This document shows positions 7,423 to 16,816 of a DNA stretch of 64,000 bases, in pieces; the stretch's first letter is position 1; each line of letters opens with the position of its first letter. This stretch comes from a virus. Under the pieces are notes generated by a model, which ran no database searches, was not told where the DNA came from, and saw only the letters and a program-made list of their open reading frames with translations. The position numbers and the translations under genes were made by a program. The stretch covers positions 1-64,000 of IMG/VR virus record IMGVR_UViG_3300033153_008530. One strand, 5' to 3'.

Positions 7423-7608
7423 GTTTATTTTTTTAGTTTCCAAGTTTATTCATTACATTACTTACTGAATTTCAAAGCATAAATACAAAAAAAGAACTTT
7501 GAGACGCAAAGAGCTTTGATTGAGAAACCCTCTACATACGTACTATAATATAGTCAGTCAATACTAAATTACTATATTATATATAATACTATTATAATAT
7601 ATATAGCT

Positions 7609-7884
7609 ATGAATGTTATAACAACTAAAAACAAAGAAACAATAAGACAACTACAAATTGCAATACACAACATAAATAAAGATATGAATGCTTTACAGTC
7701 TTATATACATAGTAAGGGAGAAACTATTAGTATCCCGGAATGGATAGTAGATTATTACAATGTTGATATCCCAGTTTTGAAAAAATCACGGAGACAATAT
7801 GCAATTGATCAAGCTAATGATATGTTCTATGAAGATATTATAGATGATATGTGTAGTGAGTTTGATTATGATGACTATTATTAA
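7609..7884 (+). CDS. hypothetical protein
   Basis: 91-aa ORF with an acidic end. Confidence 0.6.
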   Translation: MNVITTKNKETIRQLQIAIHNINKDMNALQSYIHSKGETISIPEWIVDYYNVDIPVLKKSRRQYAIDQANDMFYEDIIDDMCSEFDYDDYY

Positions 7885-7897
7885 ATCCCAAAACACT

Positions 7898-8140
7898 ATG
7901 AATGTTAATGAGCCTACTATAAGACAATTATCTCCACATCAATGGATTCCACAGGTAATGATGCATTTGTTTTATGAACAAATTGAAGAAGCAGCAAAAG
8001 AAATCTGGAATGTAGAGAATCATATACTTACTTTTGATCAGTGTAAAGATATTATAGAAGAATATCTGAAGATTAAGAGTTGGAACTTTCTAAACCCAAC
8101 ACCTGAAATATTAATACTTGACAATTACAGAATGAATTAA
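7898..8140 (+). CDS. hypothetical protein
   Basis: Likely start at ATG 7898 after an A-rich leader. Confidence 0.6.
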   Translation: MNVNEPTIRQLSPHQWIPQVMMHLFYEQIEEAAKEIWNVENHILTFDQCKDIIEEYLKIKSWNFLNPTPEILILDNYRMN

Positions 8141-8611
8141 GATGTAAGATAAGGCAGTCCTTTAAATGACGGTACTATTTCCTTATGTAGAGTGGCGTAG
8201 GACTCATCCTCTACAGCATCTTATTTATATAGGCGTTGAATGGCTTAAAAGTCCAGACGTGGTTGTACCAACTTAATAGAGAACAAAACACTTGCGTTGC
8301 CAACTCTCTACCTATTTTATTATCAAAATTGACAACTTTGTGGGTAATTTTTGATCACTATTGACAGAAATTAACCACTACTTATTTTAGTCAAATAATT
8401 AAAATACTGATTATCAAATGATTAGTATTAAATGAATTAGTGGTATAGATATAGTATATCTATCTAGTAATAATACAGCGGAACTGTTGAAAACCATTTG
8501 TCTTTACAGAGATGATGTAAGCATGGAGGGCCTGTAAGTACTCTAGTCAGACGGCTGTAGAAGCACGTATACCAAATTGTGGGTGAAGGGCATTAATTCT
8601 CTTTACCTACA
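8138..8611 (+). ncRNA. cluster of structured intergenic RNA-like elements
   Basis: Closed multi-branch elements at 8138-8223, 8229-8315 and 8474-8559, plus a 13-bp hairpin at 8578-8611; no plus-strand ORF. Confidence 0.4.
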
Positions 8612-8666
8612 TTTGTTTTAATCTCAGTATTATAGCTATAATTATTAATTTTACAAAAACACTACT

Positions 8667-9146
8667 ATGAAAGATATTATACCCTTTACAAAAGATAATC
8701 TTCCTGTCATACGTATGATGGAAGCTTACGTAACGGAGAATCCTTATTGTGAATGTCATTTCCCAAGTCAACGTAAGTATGATCACTGTAGTCAAAAAAC
8801 TACAAGCATACATTTCTCAAAAGGAAAAGAAAAGAATTTAACCAATGTTTCATCCTGGATGGCAGTATGTACAAGATGTGATAGCATTTTAAATAACCCA
8901 AAGCATGCTAAGTTAGCAGTCAAATATGGTTATACTGATCCAGCACATGTGGTTTACCCTAAGAATAAAGTTATTTCAGCTTCTAAAGCTGCATTAAAAG
9001 ACATAAGTAACCATATTAAAGAAATGGTACAACCTTTTCTTTGGAAAAGAGAAGAGTATGTTAACCCAAAACATTTAAACACAAAAGAAACACGTAATCT
9101 TAATAGAGAATTAGGTGTTCACAAATTAAATATGAAAAACAAATGA
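8667..9146 (+). CDS. Zn-binding, HNH-like protein (possibly degenerate)
   Basis: PYCECH...IHFSKG...WMAVCTRCD parallels the HNH protein at 13464. Confidence 0.5.
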   Translation: MKDIIPFTKDNLPVIRMMEAYVTENPYCECHFPSQRKYDHCSQKTTSIHFSKGKEKNLTNVSSWMAVCTRCDSILNNPKHAKLAVKYGYTDPAHVVYPKNKVISASKAALKDISNHIKEMVQPFLWKREEYVNPKHLNTKETRNLNRELGVHKLNMKNK

Positions 9147-9784
9147 AAAAAAACACTAAAGAATCGGAGATCACATCATTAGAGAAAGTAGCGCTTCAAG
9201 CCACTCTTAAATTAAATAATGAACAATTAGATAATGTATTAACAGTATGTCTTGCAACAGCTGACTTTCGTAAGGCTGTAGAAATATTATGTGGAGTATA
9301 TGTGGAACCAGAAATAGGAACATATGGAATCATAGACTATGCAGGAAATAATTGTGCAGCTAAATTTATATCTTTTAATCCTTTTACAGAAAAGGTAGAA
9401 TATAGTTTTAGAAGACAAATAACTAATAGAGTTTACTGTCCAAATGGTATGGAACAAAAAGAGTTACAAGAGAGAGTTGATGAATTTGCACATATGTCAA
9501 GATCAGAAGTAGAAGAAAAACATGGTGGTTATGACTATCATTTTATTGTAACTGATCCAGATCATATGATGGATGATCATGATGACTGTCGTTTAAGTAC
9601 ATGGATAAATTGTGTTCATGAACATGAGAATCTTGCAATGAAAAAATCAAGACAACTACATGAAGATATAGATTGGAATGGTGAAGAGGATAATACATCT
9701 ATTACACCTGGAAAAATATCACTGTCGCTTGGAGAAACAAAGGCATTAGCTGAACTTAAAACTAAAATGATAAAAAATAAATAA
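9143..9784 (+). CDS. hypothetical protein
   Basis: 213-aa ORF with an ATGA overlap. Confidence 0.7.
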   Translation: MKKNTKESEITSLEKVALQATLKLNNEQLDNVLTVCLATADFRKAVEILCGVYVEPEIGTYGIIDYAGNNCAAKFISFNPFTEKVEYSFRRQITNRVYCPNGMEQKELQERVDEFAHMSRSEVEEKHGGYDYHFIVTDPDHMMDDHDDCRLSTWINCVHEHENLAMKKSRQLHEDIDWNGEEDNTSITPGKISLSLGETKALAELKTKMIKNK

Positions 9785-9787
9785 CCT

Positions 9788-10150
9788 ATGAGATTAACTG
9801 TACACCTTGATAAACCATTTTTTGTTACTAAAGAGCAAAAAATATGGAAAGTGAAACTTGAGAATGGCAAAGAAGACACTGTCAGAAAACCTAAAAAGCC
9901 TAAGTGTATCGTGAATACACTTAGCTTCAAGGATCTTAGAAATAAAGACCAAATAAAAGAGAAACTTGCTTATGTAAAGAGTCATTATGGCATCAGAATA
10001 GCTAAAGAGACCACTCATAATTGGAAAAGGGGCCAACAAATGTATGAGGTTAAAGGAGTATCCCCAGATATTCAGTTAAATCTATCGCAAACATTAAAAG
10101 ACTTCTGCAAAAGAATGTATGATGAGGCAATAGAAAGAGCAAGTAAGTAG
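9788..10150 (+). CDS. hypothetical basic protein
   Basis: 120-aa ORF in the operon. Confidence 0.65.
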   Translation: MRLTVHLDKPFFVTKEQKIWKVKLENGKEDTVRKPKKPKCIVNTLSFKDLRNKDQIKEKLAYVKSHYGIRIAKETTHNWKRGQQMYEVKGVSPDIQLNLSQTLKDFCKRMYDEAIERASK

Positions 10151-10270
10151 TCTCCCTCGTAAGACGAAGAAAGTCACAGTAATGAGTATGTATATTACCT
10201 CTGTATAAGGAGGTGCAGCTACAGAAAGTTATTGTGACTTTTTTATTTATTAACAATTTAAAATATTATT

Positions 10271-10489
10271 ATGAAAAAGCTAAAAAATAATTTTTACAAA
10301 TGGCAAAAAATAGTTACTATATTTATATCACTGTTATATGTTATAGCAATCATAGTTGTAGTTAATGTTATGTCCAGTTGTTCAACAACTTATGAATCAG
10401 GTGCAAGAAAAATAGCACCAATAGTGCATAAATATGATGTTAAAGATATTAAATATCAAACATCACATAATGTATCACCTAAAGACTAA
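10271..10489 (+). CDS. putative lipoprotein or membrane protein
   Basis: Hydrophobic segment followed by a MSSC lipobox-like site. Confidence 0.55.
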   Translation: MKKLKNNFYKWQKIVTIFISLLYVIAIIVVVNVMSSCSTTYESGARKIAPIVHKYDVKDIKYQTSHNVSPKD

Positions 10490-10494
10490 TTATT

Positions 10495-10662
10495 ATGAGT
10501 GACAATGACAAGAATGTATTATACAGATATAAGAAAGATAATATATTGCATATAACACCTAATCTTCAGGTTGCTATTAAAAGAACCCAAGATGGAACAA
10601 TTGGTATGTTTAGAAATAATATATTAATTGATGAAATTATAATTGAACATGAAAAAATTTGA
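10495..10662 (+). CDS. 55-aa hypothetical protein
   Basis: Below the track cutoff; MSDNDKNVLYRYKKDNILHITPNLQVAIKR...; fills the operon gap. Confidence 0.5.
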   Translation: MSDNDKNVLYRYKKDNILHITPNLQVAIKRTQDGTIGMFRNNILIDEIIIEHEKI

Positions 10663-11509
10663 AAGACATTTTTATACTGAAGGTGAAAAAAAAGGATATG
10701 ACAGATATATAAATGCCTTTAACCTTCCATTGAAGTTGCAAAAATTCCTACATTATAAGAACAAATTACCTGGTCATATTTCTTATATAGATGTTGTTGA
10801 AAAAGATGAAACTATTAGTATGATATATAATAAAGCATCTATAGGAATGGGTAGTAAGAGTATTTATAAGAAAATAAGAGAAAAAATAGCATTTACTTAT
10901 TATAAAAAAGGAAGGTCAAATGCAAGAATTAAAATATGGTCCAATGGTAAAGCAAATGACATGTGGTTATTAATGACACAGCTTACCAAATATCTCAATA
11001 TAGATATTTCTTGGTTTGAACAGAAGGACCTTGGAGTTGAGGCGATTAAACATTGTATGACTAAAGGAATGTGGAGTATGATTATTTGTAATAAAATTAA
11101 ATCTAATGATGATTTAGTTAAGTATTGGATAAAATATTCTTTACGTATGAAAATAGATGAGAAATATGTTAATGAGATAAAAACCTTATTAAGTACTTTT
11201 CATACACATAATACAAGAAGGATTTTATATACGTCACATAATCCTAATAGTTTTTTAGAAAGTATATCTAACAAGGCATATAAACATACACCATGGTCAC
11301 CACCTGTTATAGATTATGATCAAATTGAAATGCTATGTGATAATTTAATGGCATTAGATGTGAAAGTAGACTGGTCTTCAACTAAAGAGCAGTTTTATGA
11401 AATTGAGAGAAAAACTATACTTGAAATAGATAAAGGTCTTAGACTATTTGAAATGTGGGATAAAGGACAAGATATAGGAAAAAATGCACTTAGTGACTTA
11501 CCGTTTTAA
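10649..11509 (+). CDS. hypothetical protein ending in DLPF
   Basis: 286-aa ORF. Confidence 0.7.
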   Translation: MKKFERHFYTEGEKKGYDRYINAFNLPLKLQKFLHYKNKLPGHISYIDVVEKDETISMIYNKASIGMGSKSIYKKIREKIAFTYYKKGRSNARIKIWSNGKANDMWLLMTQLTKYLNIDISWFEQKDLGVEAIKHCMTKGMWSMIICNKIKSNDDLVKYWIKYSLRMKIDEKYVNEIKTLLSTFHTHNTRRILYTSHNPNSFLESISNKAYKHTPWSPPVIDYDQIEMLCDNLMALDVKVDWSSTKEQFYEIERKTILEIDKGLRLFEMWDKGQDIGKNALSDLPF

Positions 11510-11693
11510 TGGTTGATGATAGGAATCGTTGACATAAAAGGAGAAAAGGGAAGTATTTTTTTAGTGTATTTATACTTCCCTTCCTTTTTATATCTATATA
11601 GATGACATATATTTACTATATATCATTTAATAAACAATAATCTTTATAATTAAGAATTATATTTGAATAAGACTTTAGAAATAAAGATTATTA

Positions 11694-11942
11694 ATGTTAT
11701 ATCAACTACAAGATGGAAGAACAATTGAACTATCTATTGAGGATTACCTTAGCTACTCTGATCAAGAATTGCATCAATTAATAGGCAACGCCTATTATGG
11801 AGACTTTGTAAATAATCCTTCATATGGAAGTTCAATAACTAAACCAGGGAAACCTGATCCTAATCCTGCTGACGTTAAAAAACTATATAACATAACTGAT
11901 GAATCAAAACTTGCGGATAAAGATTTCCGTAATGAAGAATAA
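11694..11942 (+). CDS. hypothetical protein
   Basis: 82 aa; TATATTTG (Bacteroidota -7-like element) at 11658. Confidence 0.7.
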   Translation: MLYQLQDGRTIELSIEDYLSYSDQELHQLIGNAYYGDFVNNPSYGSSITKPGKPDPNPADVKKLYNITDESKLADKDFRNEE

Positions 11943-11967
11943 TTAATAACTTTTCTAAAACTATTAT

Positions 11968-12537
11968 ATGAATTCTAAAGTTAGAGTTACAGCTAATGAA
12001 GCTGGCTCTGTAATAAAAGTATCTGAAAAAAATCCTGAATATGGGAGTGTAAAAATAGAACAAACCAAGATTATGTTTAAAAAGAATGGTTGGGTTCAAA
12101 AAAAGAGACTTACTGCATTACTACATGGTAGTGTAGAAGAATTAAAAAGTATGAATTTTTTTAATGGACAAGAATTACCTGGCAATATTGTTATTACTGA
12201 ACAATTAGAACCATTTAATTCAGAAGATCCTGATAAAGATTTTAAGGTGGCTGGAGATACGGGTATTGTTTGTTGTGTAGATGGAGAGCCAATATACAGA
12301 ACAACATCCTATGATCAAGATCCATTATCTACTGATTATCTCGTTCAACATACAAATGGTGAGGATATTAAAGACGCCTATTTGAAAGATTTAGATAATC
12401 TAATGGACCAACAGAAAGAGAAAAAAAATAAGAAAGAAAATAAAAAAGAGGAAATAACTAAAGAAGAGAATGAAGAAGAAATATTAGAAGAAGATAATGA
12501 ATTGTCATCAGAAGATGACGCCCAGTTTACCTTATAG
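11968..12537 (+). CDS. putative OB-fold/SSB-like protein with an acidic tail
   Basis: Beta-rich core and a very acidic tail ending in EDDAQFTL. Confidence 0.5.
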   Translation: MNSKVRVTANEAGSVIKVSEKNPEYGSVKIEQTKIMFKKNGWVQKKRLTALLHGSVEELKSMNFFNGQELPGNIVITEQLEPFNSEDPDKDFKVAGDTGIVCCVDGEPIYRTTSYDQDPLSTDYLVQHTNGEDIKDAYLKDLDNLMDQQKEKKNKKENKKEEITKEENEEEILEEDNELSSEDDAQFTL

Positions 12538-12594
12538 AGTGTTATGCTCTAAAGGTTGAGTATACAGGCTTGCATGCGTTGCAAGTCAGAAAAT

Positions 12595-12628
12595 AAAGGA
12601 AGTTGTCCACGGATGGCTTCCTTTTTTT
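12595..12628 (+). terminator. intrinsic terminator
   Basis: AAAGGAAGTTGTC...GATGGCTTCCTTT followed by a T run. Confidence 0.7.
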
Positions 12629-12650
12629 AATTTATTTAAAACAGATTCCT

Positions 12651-13142
12651 ATGAAACCACAAGTATTTAAAAGTCTAAAAGACCTTAGAACAATCAGTAA
12701 TAACAATGTTAATTACAAAGGGCAATTAAAAGATTATCAACAAAAAGGAAATACATATAAAGGTAAGAAGTACATGTCATACCAAAGAGATATGTTTTGT
12801 CAAACACAGAATAACCTTTATAAAAGAGCATTGTTTGGATTAAATGTTTTTACTCAAGATGAGATAAAAGATATGAATCCAAACAAAAGAAAAAGAATTA
12901 AAAAAGTTAATTTAAAAGCACAAAATGTGTTAAATTTATATAAACAAGTTAAAACAAACTATCAACTAAATAGTTTTTTAGCACTTTATTTTCCAAATAA
13001 CAGAATTGGAAAGTTTGATATTATTGATTCTAGTTACATATCTAAAGTAACATTAAAAGAATTAAATATCTCAAAAAAAGATGTAATAGATCTATTTATT
13101 AAAGAAGGTGTTTTAGCAAATAATTTTTATAAGATAAAATGA
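12651..13142 (+). CDS. hypothetical basic protein
   Basis: Likely start at ATG 12651. Confidence 0.7.
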   Translation: MKPQVFKSLKDLRTISNNNVNYKGQLKDYQQKGNTYKGKKYMSYQRDMFCQTQNNLYKRALFGLNVFTQDEIKDMNPNKRKRIKKVNLKAQNVLNLYKQVKTNYQLNSFLALYFPNNRIGKFDIIDSSYISKVTLKELNISKKDVIDLFIKEGVLANNFYKIK

Positions 13143-13486
13143 ATTTTGAAACATTAAATAATGAAGAATGGATCTTTATATATTTATATCTTAGTGATGT
13201 ACATCAGTATTATGATGATATTATTAATAAAGGAGGTATTGAACATCAAATACAAGGACCTTTTGGTGATTTGAAAGTATTTCAGAATTTTGATGACAAT
13301 AAAATTCAAGAAATATTATCAAGTTTAAAATATAAATACATAAAAGATATCATAAAAAAGATAGATCCAATATATGATATTATAGAAGATAGTGCTCCCT
13401 CTCTGGTAGAAAAAGTACAGAAAAGTGTATATGAGGACACAAAATCATTTGATTTAAATATTGATGATGAAGACGAAATTATGTAA
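13139..13486 (+). CDS. hypothetical protein
   Basis: 115 aa with an ATGA overlap. Confidence 0.65.
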   Translation: MNFETLNNEEWIFIYLYLSDVHQYYDDIINKGGIEHQIQGPFGDLKVFQNFDDNKIQEILSSLKYKYIKDIIKKIDPIYDIIEDSAPSLVEKVQKSVYEDTKSFDLNIDDEDEIM

Positions 13487-13871
13487 AGGATGTAACAAAC
13501 AAAAAGTTATATGGAAGAATATTGGAGGAAATAGATATTGTAAATATTGTTGGGGTAAAATCCAACTAAAAAGCAAACCAACAAACTTTAAAAAGTTAAA
13601 ACCTATTTCCTTTAGTTCTTCCAAAAGAATAAAAGAAACCAAAGAATACTCTAAATTAAGAGAAATTTATCTCAATACGCACCCTATGTGTGAAGCAGCA
13701 GTATCTAACTGTAGTCTTAATGCTTCTGAAATACACCATATAAAAGGTAGAAATTCAAATTATTTACTTTGTAATGAATGGATTGCTGTCTGTAGAAATT
13801 GTCATGACTGGATAGAATTACATCCTAAAGAAGCTACAGAAATGGGATATAGGAAATCTAAAATAAGATAA
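13464..13871 (+). CDS. HNH endonuclease with an N-terminal Zn finger
   Basis: CKGC..CKYC; HPMCE...EIHHIKGR...AVCRNCHDWIELHP. Confidence 0.75.
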   Translation: MMKTKLCKGCNKQKVIWKNIGGNRYCKYCWGKIQLKSKPTNFKKLKPISFSSSKRIKETKEYSKLREIYLNTHPMCEAAVSNCSLNASEIHHIKGRNSNYLLCNEWIAVCRNCHDWIELHPKEATEMGYRKSKIR

Positions 13872-13872
13872 A

Positions 13873-13962
13873 ATGCCAGTTACTGATATAGAAATATTTG
13901 TATTAATTTCTATAATGGGCTTTTTTCTAATAATAAGATTTCATAAAACTAAGAAAAAATGA
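13873..13962 (+). CDS. 29-aa membrane peptide
   Basis: MPVTDIEIFVLISIMGFFLIIRFHKTKKK; coupled to both neighbours. Confidence 0.35.
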   Translation: MPVTDIEIFVLISIMGFFLIIRFHKTKKK

Positions 13963-14063
13963 AAACTAAAACGTGCTATAATTGTAACCAAAAGAAACCT
14001 AAATCTGAAATGACATTAATAGGAGTTTGGGTCTGTAATGATTGCATTAAAAAACCAAAATAA
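13959..14063 (+). CDS. 34-aa C4 zinc-finger microprotein
   Basis: MKTKTCYNCNQKKPKSEMTLIGVWVCNDCIKKPK; ATGA overlap. Confidence 0.5.
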   Translation: MKTKTCYNCNQKKPKSEMTLIGVWVCNDCIKKPK

Positions 14064-14199
14064 AGATGAGAGACTTTCATAATGCAGCTTCTAAGAAAGA
14101 AGTAAATAAATTAAAAGAAAAATTAAAAGAAATAAATGTCTTAGTATGGACAAGTTTGATCTTTAATTTTGGACTTTGTATATATTTAATATTAATACA

Positions 14200-15330
14200 A
14201 TGAAAAGTAAAGATACTATTCAAGAAGAAGCTCTTGTAAAATTATCAAAATATGAAAGAGCAGGTCTTGGGATCTCCATGGGAGTGGGAAAAACATTGAT
14301 TGGACTAAAACATTTTGAAAGGATCTGGCATCATTATAAAGATACTTTACAATTAGATAAAGATAGAATTGGTGCTAAAGCATTAGTTGTAGCACCAAAG
14401 AAATCTATATTTAAATCCTGGAAAGATGAAGCAGTTAAGTTTAAACTTGATTATTTACTGGAAGATGTAACGTTTAGTACGTATAGATCTTTAGTTAAAC
14501 AAGATTTAGATTATGATGTTATCTATTTAGATGAGTGTCATAGTTTATTGCCCAATCATAGTAGATGGTTAAAACAATATAAAAATAGAATTATTGGTTT
14601 AACTGGTACACCACCAAAAACAATCTATTCTGAAAAAGGTAGATTAATAGAAAAGTATTGTCCTATTATATATGAATATATAGTAGATGAGGCTATAGAT
14701 GATAGTATATTAAATGATTATGAGATTACTATCCATTTGTTAACTCTAGGTGTGGATAATACTTTAAAGAAGACCCACGGAACAAAGATATGGTATACAT
14801 CTGAACAGAAATCATATGATTACTGGACAGATAGATATAATCAATCTGAAACTGGTAAACAGAGACAAATATCCAGTGTTATGCGTATGAAAGATATGCA
14901 AACATTTGTAAGTAAAGCAGTATATGCTAAAAGACTATTAGAACAGTCTGAAAATAAATGTATATTATTTGCAAACTATCAAGAACAGGCTGATAATTTA
15001 TGTCAGCATAGTTATCATAGTAGTAATCCTGATGCAGATAAGAATTTTGAAATGTTTGTTAACGGAGAAATAGATAAACTATCTTGTGTACTTCAATTAA
15101 ATGAAGGAGTTAATATTCCGGGTTTAAAAGAAGGGATTATTATGCATGCATATGGTAATAATAGAAAAAGCACACAAAGACTTGGTAGATTACTGAGATT
15201 AAACCCTAATGACAAGTCAATAATTCATATACTATGTTATAAGAATACTATTGATGTTAAGTGGGTAAAAGATGCTTTAGAAACTCTTGATCAATCAAAA
15301 ATAAATTGGTATGATCCTGATGAATTTTAA
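14200..15330 (+). CDS. superfamily 2 DNA helicase (UvsW/XPB-like)
   Basis: MGVGKT, DECH, LTGT, QRLGRLLR. Confidence 0.9.
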   Translation: MKSKDTIQEEALVKLSKYERAGLGISMGVGKTLIGLKHFERIWHHYKDTLQLDKDRIGAKALVVAPKKSIFKSWKDEAVKFKLDYLLEDVTFSTYRSLVKQDLDYDVIYLDECHSLLPNHSRWLKQYKNRIIGLTGTPPKTIYSEKGRLIEKYCPIIYEYIVDEAIDDSILNDYEITIHLLTLGVDNTLKKTHGTKIWYTSEQKSYDYWTDRYNQSETGKQRQISSVMRMKDMQTFVSKAVYAKRLLEQSENKCILFANYQEQADNLCQHSYHSSNPDADKNFEMFVNGEIDKLSCVLQLNEGVNIPGLKEGIIMHAYGNNRKSTQRLGRLLRLNPNDKSIIHILCYKNTIDVKWVKDALETLDQSKINWYDPDEF

Positions 15331-15383
15331 GTAAAAATCTCAGAAAAAAGCTGTAAATTGTATATGTAAATCTTATAATATAA

Positions 15384-15686
15384 ATGAAAGAAAATAAATT
15401 AATAGCAGAATTTATGGAGAAGTATTGGTATAACCCTGAATGGAGCGACAAAGCCAATGCAGAACAATGGAAATACCATACTTCTTGGGATTGGCTCATA
15501 CCTGTACTTAAAAAAATAGGTAATATAATATCTAAATTAGAAAATTCAGACTTAGAAAGTGCTGAGAAAATATTTGAAGATATAAACTATTGGATAATGT
15601 CTGATGATATTAAATCTGTTTATAATGCTGTTATCAAATTTATAATATGGACGAAGAAGATGAAAAATATAAATATCATAGTATAA
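15384..15686 (+). CDS. hypothetical phage protein
   Basis: NKLIAEFM...YHTSWDWLIPV pattern, which I recall from Bacteroidota phage proteins. Confidence 0.6.
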   Translation: MKENKLIAEFMEKYWYNPEWSDKANAEQWKYHTSWDWLIPVLKKIGNIISKLENSDLESAEKIFEDINYWIMSDDIKSVYNAVIKFIIWTKKMKNINIIV

Positions 15687-15844
15687 AACATCCTAAACAT
15701 CTTTTTAATAAAGGAGTCAATTTAGGATCAAAAACTATACCTTATTATGAAGATGAAATGTTATATGGAGAATTGAATTTAATTTATAAAATAGAAGATT
15801 TTAGTAAACAAGAAATAGAAACCCCTATAAAAAAGAAAAAATGA
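15647..15844 (+). CDS. hypothetical protein
   Basis: 65-aa ORF filling the operon. Confidence 0.45.
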   Translation: MDEEDEKYKYHSIKHPKHLFNKGVNLGSKTIPYYEDEMLYGELNLIYKIEDFSKQEIETPIKKKK

Positions 15845-16146
15845 TGGATTATTTTGAATTAGAATGTTGTGTACATGCATGGGCTGATGAGAGAAAAATC
15901 TTTAATAGGTCTACCCCTATTAAACAAGCACTAAAGACACAAGAAGAGTTGACTGAGCTGTTGAATGCTATAGTTAATGAAGATAAAGAAGAAATAGAAG
16001 ATGCATTAGGAGATATAATGGTTACATTATTAATTCAGGCTCAAATGCAAGAAACTTCTCTTGAAGAGTGTCTTACAAAAGCTTATAAAACTATAAGAAA
16101 TAGAAAAGGAGAAATGATTAACGGACAATTTGTAAAAGAAAAATGA
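15841..16146 (+). CDS. MazG-like NTP pyrophosphohydrolase
   Basis: KTQEELTEL...EDALGDIMVTL...IRNRKG...GQFVKE. Confidence 0.85.
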   Translation: MMDYFELECCVHAWADERKIFNRSTPIKQALKTQEELTELLNAIVNEDKEEIEDALGDIMVTLLIQAQMQETSLEECLTKAYKTIRNRKGEMINGQFVKEK

Positions 16147-16349
16147 AAAAATTAATACTACTCATGATATTATGTGCAGGATGCTCAAAGTATCAGGTTG
16201 TGTCAGAAGTTAAAGTAAATCTTTATCACTTACACAATCCAAAAAAAATGGATGCTGAAATTATTGTAACAAAAGACAGCCTCGTGATAGGTGGGTGGTA
16301 TAAATTAAGACAAATAAATATAATTGATTTAGAAGATGGGAAAAAATGA
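16143..16349 (+). CDS. lipoprotein
   Basis: MKKLILLMILCAG-C signal peptide and lipobox. Confidence 0.65.
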   Translation: MKKLILLMILCAGCSKYQVVSEVKVNLYHLHNPKKMDAEIIVTKDSLVIGGWYKLRQINIIDLEDGKK

Positions 16350-16803
16350 GATTATGAATAGAGATGATTTTATAAAATTCGTAGATAAATTTGGAATGTG
16401 GATCTTTGCAATATGGATCTTCTTAGTGGCGTTACTTGTAATGAATTCAATTAATGCACAAACTGTAGATAAAGTAAGATTAGAGATTAATAAGTATGAT
16501 ATCAATGAAGAACATAAAGATATTATATTGGCACAATCAATTCTTGAATCAGGATGGTATAAATCTTACTGGTGTAAAAACCATAATAATATTTTTGGTC
16601 TAACCAAAAGAATTAAAGATACAAGAGGACCCCAAGTATTTAAAACATGGGAAGAGTGTGTACAATCATATTATTATCAAATATATATGAAATATACACG
16701 TCTTAAACGAGATAAAGATTATTATGCATTTTTAGTTGATTTACCATATGCAATGGATCCATTGTATGTAAGTAAATTAAAAAAGATTGTAAATACTTTT
16801 TAA
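16336..16803 (+). CDS. GH73 glucosaminidase-family peptidoglycan hydrolase with an N-terminal TM or signal segment
   Basis: LAQSILESGW...NNIFGL...F.TWEECV...YAMDPLYVSKL. Confidence 0.85.
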   Translation: MGKNEIMNRDDFIKFVDKFGMWIFAIWIFLVALLVMNSINAQTVDKVRLEINKYDINEEHKDIILAQSILESGWYKSYWCKNHNNIFGLTKRIKDTRGPQVFKTWEECVQSYYYQIYMKYTRLKRDKDYYAFLVDLPYAMDPLYVSKLKKIVNTF

Positions 16804-16816
16804 TTATATAATTAAT

